Assembly: GCA_012295275.1 (NCBI GenBank)
Contig: CM022674.1
Coordinates: 13,144,001 to 13,208,000, forward strand
DNA: 64,000 nucleotides
Direction of reading: 5' to 3'
From: Chrysomallon squamiferum
Taxonomy: Eukaryota; Animalia; Mollusca
Part shown: piece by piece, positions 56,431-64,000 of the stretch
How positions within the stretch are numbered: position 1 is the first letter of the stretch
Layout of the letters: each line of letters begins with the position of its first letter
The notes under the pieces: generated by a model
Seen by the model: the letters and a program-made list of their open reading frames with translations, nothing else
What the model was told of the DNA's origin: nothing
Databases searched by the model: none
Translations under genes and position numbers: made by a program

Positions 56431-56679
56431 ATCGCCGTGTACTCTGACAACCTGAGTATCGGCTACAGTGTGAAAATGTGTAATTCATGAATGTAGTCAT
56501 TAGTGTTTCTCAGTTCGTTTCTTCGGCTGCTGAAATACTGGGCAGTAATTTTTTTTTTTTTTCTTTCTCGAAATGTGACTCCATGATGGTAATTTGGTGG
56601 AGGGAAAATGAAGTCGTTCATTTTAAACTTGTTATCACCTGATAATGTAAAGACTGACTGCACGACATCTATGAGTACT

Positions 56680-56879
56680 CAGTAATGTCTTCTAAACAAC
56701 TAGTCTTATTTTTGTGATTTTGACTTCCATGTCCTGGTTTGAATTCAGTAACGTCTTCTAAACAACTAGTGTCAGTAACGTCTTCTAAACAACTAGTCTT
56801 ATTTTTGTGATTTTGACTTCCATGTCCTGGTTTGAATTCGGTAGCGTCTTCTAAACAACTAGTCTTATTTTTGTGATTT
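56680..56879. repeat. 66-bp tandem unit x2 plus two partial copies
   Basis: 'cagtaacgtcttctaaacaactagt' or a close variant at 56680, 56746, 56773 and 56839. Confidence 0.9.
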
Positions 56880-58479
56880 GTTATTGTTATTGATGTTATT
56901 TTGATTTTTGATTATGATTTTGCACATTTATTATTATTTGTTTAGTATTATTTATGAAAGTTATATAAAAATTTAATATCTTGTTAATGCATAATAATGT
57001 AATAAATTTCTAGTTAGACAATTAAAATAAAATTTAAAAAACAAATAATCAAACTATTAATGAAATTAAGACCAGAACTATATTTAACTGGGATTAAAAT
57101 AATAAAACAATTATTGTTTTTAATTTTGTATAAAGACTGAATATAATTCTTTAAGAAGAAGATGATTTACAGAAGTGAAAATAAACAAAAACCCAATATT
57201 ATGCAAAAAACCCAACAAAATGTTGGTAATAATAAATATTAATGAAGACAATGAGTTAAAATAAAACAAAATGAAATAAAAAATGTTTTTAATACAGACT
57301 GAAATTTATCCATTACAACATCAAATCATTCTGAAATGTCCATTTTTTTTTTTTGTTGTTTTTGGCCAAGATTTCTATCCAGGCTTTCAAAAAGATCTTT
57401 GAAATCTTTCCCCTGTTTACAAATCTCGTACAAATAACCTTCATGGATAACAAACTCAAACAGCAAAGACAAAGACGTTTTGTTTTCCAAGATTAATCAC
57501 CTCACAGATTTCTCTGTTTGGTGTTGTGACTTCAGCCTTGTTTCTAATATTGACCAACATCGGCAGAGAAAGGCAACGGCACAGAATGTGGACCTCTGTG
57601 TTTGTTTCGTACAATGGCACATCAAGGTTTGACGTATTTGTCCAGCCAAGCTGCGTTGTTTTCTTGTTTTCTCAGAACAGTTAGGATTGGATAAGAATTT
57701 CAACAAGGTTGGGAATTCAAAAAGGAAAAAAAATAAAAAAATAAAAATCTTTTTAAAAAAAATTAGAAATTAAAAATCAATAATAATAAAAAATAAATAA
57801 TATAATAAATATAAAAGAATATAAATATAAATAAAAAAAATTAAATATATTTTTTTTTTAATTTTTAAAAAATTAAAATAAATAAAAAAATTCAACAATA
57901 AGTTGGAAAAAATATCTCGTCATTTCAGTATGTGATATCTTTTCCTTTTTGAATTTATTTATTTTAATTTTATTTTTACAAAAAAAAAAAAAAAAAACCC
58001 AAAGAAATGATGACAGTAATAACACTACTTTCAGGACATTAAACAGTAGATGTTTTTCAGGTTTATTTTTTTGGTTTTGTTATATCAGGTGTGACTTCTT
58101 GACACCACAGCAGCAACACCTACAGCAACAACCACTTTAACAACATGACAATATTTCACACACACAAGACTTTCATCATTTGGATGTTAAGAAAATGTTT
58201 ACGAGAATGGATATTTTCCACTGTTTTTCATTTTCTTTATACGTGTGTATCATTATCAAATACAGATTAATTAATTTAATTTTTGTGTACATGAAGTATT
58301 CATTTGAAGGATTACTTATTAATTAACTTACAACAATAAATAAATATTTTTCACAGATTCATATATAAAGTAAAGAACATCCATGCTACATATTTATTTG
58401 TGTGCAAGATAAAATTTCAAAACACACACACATACACACACACAGCAACACCTGCACACACACACACACATTCACAGAC

Positions 58480-58945
<466 letters not shown>

Positions 58946-61250
58946 CACATACTCTCTACATACATCCATACATACATACATATACTTTAATCACTACTAG
59001 CAAAGCCACCCACATGCACACATACATCAAAGTCTCACCTGCTTTATCTTACAACAATGTTCTAATTAGTTCTATCTCCTATAGTAGTGCTATAAACAAG
59101 TCTATCACATTATTCTTCCGCAAAAAAACACCCATTTTACTCTAATTTAGTCTGATCTGCCTGTCGCAGATAACTCTATACAAGACTAAGTAGTTGTTTA
59201 TGAATCTTTTAATTCTTTAAATGCCTCGGCCTGAACTTCAAGTTCACTTTAAAAGATAAATTTTAAAATGTCAGTTTAATGTTGTTTAATTTTAAGAATA
59301 AAAAATAATATATATATATGTGTGTGTGTGTGTGTATGTGTGTGTGTTTTATGTTTGTATATGTCTACAGACACACATACACATTAACACACACACAGAC
59401 ACACACACACACACACACACACAGACACACTGATAGATATTTATAGATATTACACCAATAACAACAATACCACAAATGCCACCGTTTTCACCATCACCAC
59501 TACCACCACCACCACCACCACCACCACGAACAACAACTAAAACAACATTTTTAAAATAAATATATTTATTCCAAACACAAGTGCTAAAATAAGTATATTT
59601 TACGCTCCTATGGTTATAATTACTGTTAGCGAGTGTGTGTGTGTGTGTGGGGGGGAAATCACTTAATTTGATCGACATTGATAGAAAGTTTTCTAGTGTA
59701 TTTGCGTTAAAAAATAATTGATAGGGAGCTGATAACACGGGAAGTACATGACACCAGATCAGCATGAGATAAATTATTTCCATTTTATAGATGGCCTGCC
59801 AGACTGATGAATCTGTATAAACGTGTATATCGCCAGCAGATCACTTCTGTGTTAGATATGGTAATAAAAGGGCAATACGATCAAAAATAAAAATTATGAA
59901 AAAGAAAATAAATATATATATATTTTTTTTAAGTGTGTTTTATCCCTAATTAGTTGCACATTAATGTGAAAATAAAAATTGTGAAAAAAAAATTTTTTTT
60001 TTTTTGTGATCGCAAAGTGGTTACTATGTTAGTTGACCATGGGAAAATAAGAATTGATGAAAAGAAAAAAGTGTTTTGTGAGACCCACACATTAATAAGA
60101 GTTTTGCTGTGGTTGCCGTGTTGGTTTGTTTGCGGTTCTTAGAATGTTCAGTGGGAACTGGATTATGGTGATAAAGAGACTGATTGAAAGGTGGTGTAGA
60201 TTGTTAGTTGCCATGATGAATGTTTTAATAAGTCGTGTGTATTTCATGCTTAATTGTTGTCGTAAATTCCTGACATTCTAATTTTTGTTTTATTTATTTA
60301 TTTGTTATTTTATATTATATTATATTATATTATATTATATTATTTATATTATATTATATTATTTATTTGTTTACTTATTTGTTTATTTTGTTCATTTTTT
60401 ATTTTTTTTATTTTCTGTTTCTTCATTTTTTTCTTTATTTATTTAAAAATTCTTTTCCTTTTAATTTCACGTCACTTTAATAAATACCTTTCACTTTTCT
60501 TTTACATTTTTTTCTTTTCTTTTCTTTTTTTCTGGTCATTATACTTGAATATAAAAATACACTGAATGTGTGGATGAACAAGTACATACTGAATGAATTA
60601 ACAAAAATGGATAAATGGAAAAATTAATGAGTGAAGAATAAATACACGAATATACAGATAGCTAATGAATGAGTGAAAAAAATTGATGGTTGGATGAATA
60701 AATGAAGGAAAGAATGAATAAATCAAAAATGGTGTTGGTTATGAATAAATGTTTAAAAAAAATTGATGACTTATATAGAAGCAAAGTACATATAATGGCC
60801 TTTGATAAATAAAGTTTAGGAGCACGTGTTTGGAATGAGAAATAGCTAATTTGTTGTTGACACGATTCATTCATCCAAGCCAGCCAGATACAACCTATTA
60901 TATTTCTACTTCCTTAAAATAAATTATTTTTTAATTATTAATTTATATTTTAATTTGAAAATGTCAGCCAACTAATATGACAGAAGGGACATAACTCTGC
61001 ACAGATGTTAAATAACATCTCCTGACAAGCAGATTAATTAATTTAATTAATTTATTTAATTAAATTATGTTTAAATATTAATTATTTTTAAAATTTTAAT
61101 AAGGTTATTAAAAACAGTCTTTGTATTTTGACATCAAGGGACTTAACTCTTTTTTAATTTTTATTTAATTTTTATTTTTATGCAGTTATTTTTAATTTAC
61201 GTTATGAAAAATAAAATGAAATAATTAATTATTTCTAATCTGATTTTCAG

Positions 61251-61406
61251 AATGCAAGCCGGGCTATTACAAGTGGATGCAGGGGACACACCCATGTCGA
61301 CAGTGTCCCCCTCACAGCTACGCCCAGGAGCCAGGCGCGGTTGAATGTAACTGTGAACCAAGATTCTACCGCAGTCCAAAGGATGATAAAGCAATGCCTT
61401 GTACAC
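61251..61406 (+). CDS. Eph: Eph receptor tyrosine kinase, exon encoding the remainder of the cysteine-rich region (equivalent to vertebrate exon 4)
   Basis: Acceptor ttctaatctgattttcAG (branch-like CTAAT) and donor GTAAGT at 61407; 156 nt, phase 1/1. Translates (Q)CKPGYYKWMQGTHPCRQCPPHSYAQEPGAVECNCEPRFYRSPKDDKAMPCT, matching Eph 'C..G..K......C..CP.HS......a..C.C...yyRa..D....pCT'. Confidence 0.95.
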
Positions 61407-61781
61407 GTAAGTTACTCTTTTTTCCTTCTTACTTTGGGCTGAAAATGCACTTCTTTGAGAAAAACAGAATCAAATAAAAAAAATAAAAATAAAAAAGCAC
61501 AAAGAAAAATCTCACAATGCACTTTCAGCTTTTAAATTAATTTACATTAAAAAAAAAAATCCACATTTGGTTTTTGGTTTTTTGTTGTTGGTGATCTTTT
61601 TTAATTTTGAAATTTTATTATTGTTGTTGTTTTGTAAATGCCTGAACTAAATGTACTGCTTTCTTTAAATATATTTTAAATTATTTATTTATATATATAT
61701 ATATTTATTCTTTAAATAAATTAATTTTAACATAAAAGGCTTAAATAAAAATGAAATGAAAAATAATAAATCTCTATTTAA

Positions 61782-61835
<54 letters not shown>

Positions 61836-62245
61836 AACAAATAATAAACAAAATCAAATAATAAATAAAAATCAAAAAAATAAATCAAATTGCCCTTGAA
61901 ACGAATTGCTACTCCATTTAAACTGATCAAATGCGTTTATTTTTTCACATTAAGTAAAATTTGTGATGGAAACTACCAGTTAATTCAATTTGAGAAAGAA
62001 CCAAGGGAGCAGTTATTGTGATCGCTGATGCCATATGGCATTAGACGTACATGGTAAATTGTACGGTATCACAGAGCAATGTTTTACAATACTGCGTGTA
62101 TTCCCAAACCAGTTTGATCTAAATGTTACTTGTCGAGTGAGGCTGATACCACAGTTGTGACTAGCGTTATGGAAAATATTAGCAGTTGTTTATATATTTT
62201 ATAAACTTTATTTTTTATTATTATTTCTTTTTAATGTTTCTTATT

Positions 62246-62246
<1 letters not shown>

Positions 62247-62297
<51 letters not shown>

Positions 62298-62337
62298 TAT
62301 TATTTTATTATTACTACTATTATTATTATTATTATTA

Positions 62338-62370
<33 letters not shown>

Positions 62371-62397
62371 TTTTATTATTATTATTATTATTATTAC

Positions 62398-62440
<43 letters not shown>

Positions 62441-62495
62441 TATTATTATTATTATTATTACTATTATTATTATTGTTATTGTTATTGTTATTTAT
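62247..62495. repeat. Interrupted (ATT)n microsatellite
   Basis: Directly visible. Similar tracts at ~20870-20985, 24316-24360, 44190-44355, 44720-44850 and 48557-48678. Confidence 0.9.
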
Positions 62496-63225
62496 TTTTG
62501 TTTATTAATGTTAGTTTTTAATTCTGCTGTGGAAAACAGGTATTTTCTTTTCATTCTTTATTATTATTTATTTAAATTAGTTTTTATTAAGTACTAAATT
62601 TGTTTAAAATTATGACTAAGTTATGGGAATAATTATACATTATCAGTTTTAATTGTAAATTTTAGAATTAAAGTTTATTATGAATAGTGCTTTAGGACAG
62701 ATTAAATATTCTTTTTATGAATACAATATCACACATATAGGAAATATTAATTTTTATTAATTATTATCACTTAAAGTTTTTAAATTTCAATTTGTATTTA
62801 AAAAATATAAAAAATACTAAAAATAAAAAAATATGACTGATCAGTTCAGGGCATATTATCAAAATGGAACTATTGTTTTTAAAAATATGTCAGGTATTTT
62901 GAAATGTTAATGCCCAACAATAGTTTTGTTATGACAAAAATATCAAGGGGAAAAAAAAAACAAGTTGCAAAGTGCACATTGTTTTGAGATTGTGCCTATT
63001 GTTGAATTTGTGGTGTGGAAAATGTTATTAGAAAATACTGTTTAGAGAAACGTCCATATTAGCAATTACTGCAAAGTGGTGCCTTAGAAAACAGTTTAAT
63101 GTACAAATGGTAAACATCTTGAGCGAATAATATAATTTAGAAAAGAAAAAAAAGGAAATAAGTAAAAAGAAAGGAAACATTTGCAATCCATCAACTAACA
63201 GAAACAATACAGAGCTTAGAACTCT

Positions 63226-63281
<56 letters not shown>

Positions 63282-63303
63282 CATACACACAGAGACAGAG
63301 GCT

Positions 63304-63339
<36 letters not shown>

Positions 63340-64000
63340 TATATAGAGAGATGGTGTGTATTTGAGAGACACAGAGAAAGAGAGAGAGACACAGATGTTA
63401 CAGGATTTTACAGTTTATAAAAGAATGAGAAAGTCTAGAAAATTCTACAGATGCTGAGAGGGTAGAAGAAAAATAAAATAAGGAAAGAAAAATAAAACAA
63501 AAAAAAAAACAAAACATAATGACAAGCAGCAGCCAAGTATTTTCTCAGTGTGAAATCAACATTTACGTATATCATTTCTTTTTCTTCCTCCTTTTTTCAA
63601 AAAAAAAAAAAAAAACCCCAAACAAAACAAAACAAAACAAAAATGGTGTAAAACTACACTGTTAACACTCCCAATCAAAAAAAAAAAAAAAAAAAAAAAA
63701 AAATGACAAGAGAAAATTTTTTAATTTTTTTTTTCTCTCTCTCTGTGTCTTGTATTCTCTGACTGAAGTCATTTACGATGTCTGCAAATGGTTTCCAGGA
63801 AGTTGCCTGACAAGTAAAAATCTCATTCTGACTCCTTATCGAAATTGGTATGAGTAAGAGCAAGACTACCATTAAAGTGTGTCTGGTGAGGAGAAAGACA
63901 TAAAAAAAGGATAAATCAACCCTCTTTCTGGCTGATGGAATGGATAAGCTGGACCAACAACACCCAGGGGAGGCCACTCACACCAGAGTTCTCTTACCAT

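Noticed and set aside
61407-64000. Next Eph exon (first fibronectin type III domain)
   Set aside because: No PPSxP-like FN3 coding sequence behind an acceptor is visible before the window ends.

Overview
AT-rich, microsatellite-dense animal genomic DNA (invertebrate-like; the repeat landscape suggests a lophotrochozoan such as a mollusc, but that is inference). Nearly all ORFs in the supplied track are low-complexity artefacts. The window lies inside one large + strand gene, an Eph receptor tyrosine kinase. Three spliceosomal exons are recognisable: 9808-9905, 50362-51037 and 61251-61406. They have canonical AG/GTAAGT sites and compatible phases, and encode the ligand-binding domain and cysteine-rich region. 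The introns between them are 40,456 and 10,213 nt. I could not identify the signal-peptide exon or the FN3/TM/kinase exons here. Main oddities: (1) two mutually compensating frameshifts inside the large exon hide 54 conserved Eph codons in another frame while the ORF stays open; (2) a ~1 kb diverged inverted repeat pair brackets the 98-nt exon; (3) tandem arrays start just after two donors, one built of acceptor-like units; (4) the large exon is a GC3/CpG-rich island. I found no prokaryotic-type system, CRISPR array, RNA gene or intact transposase.
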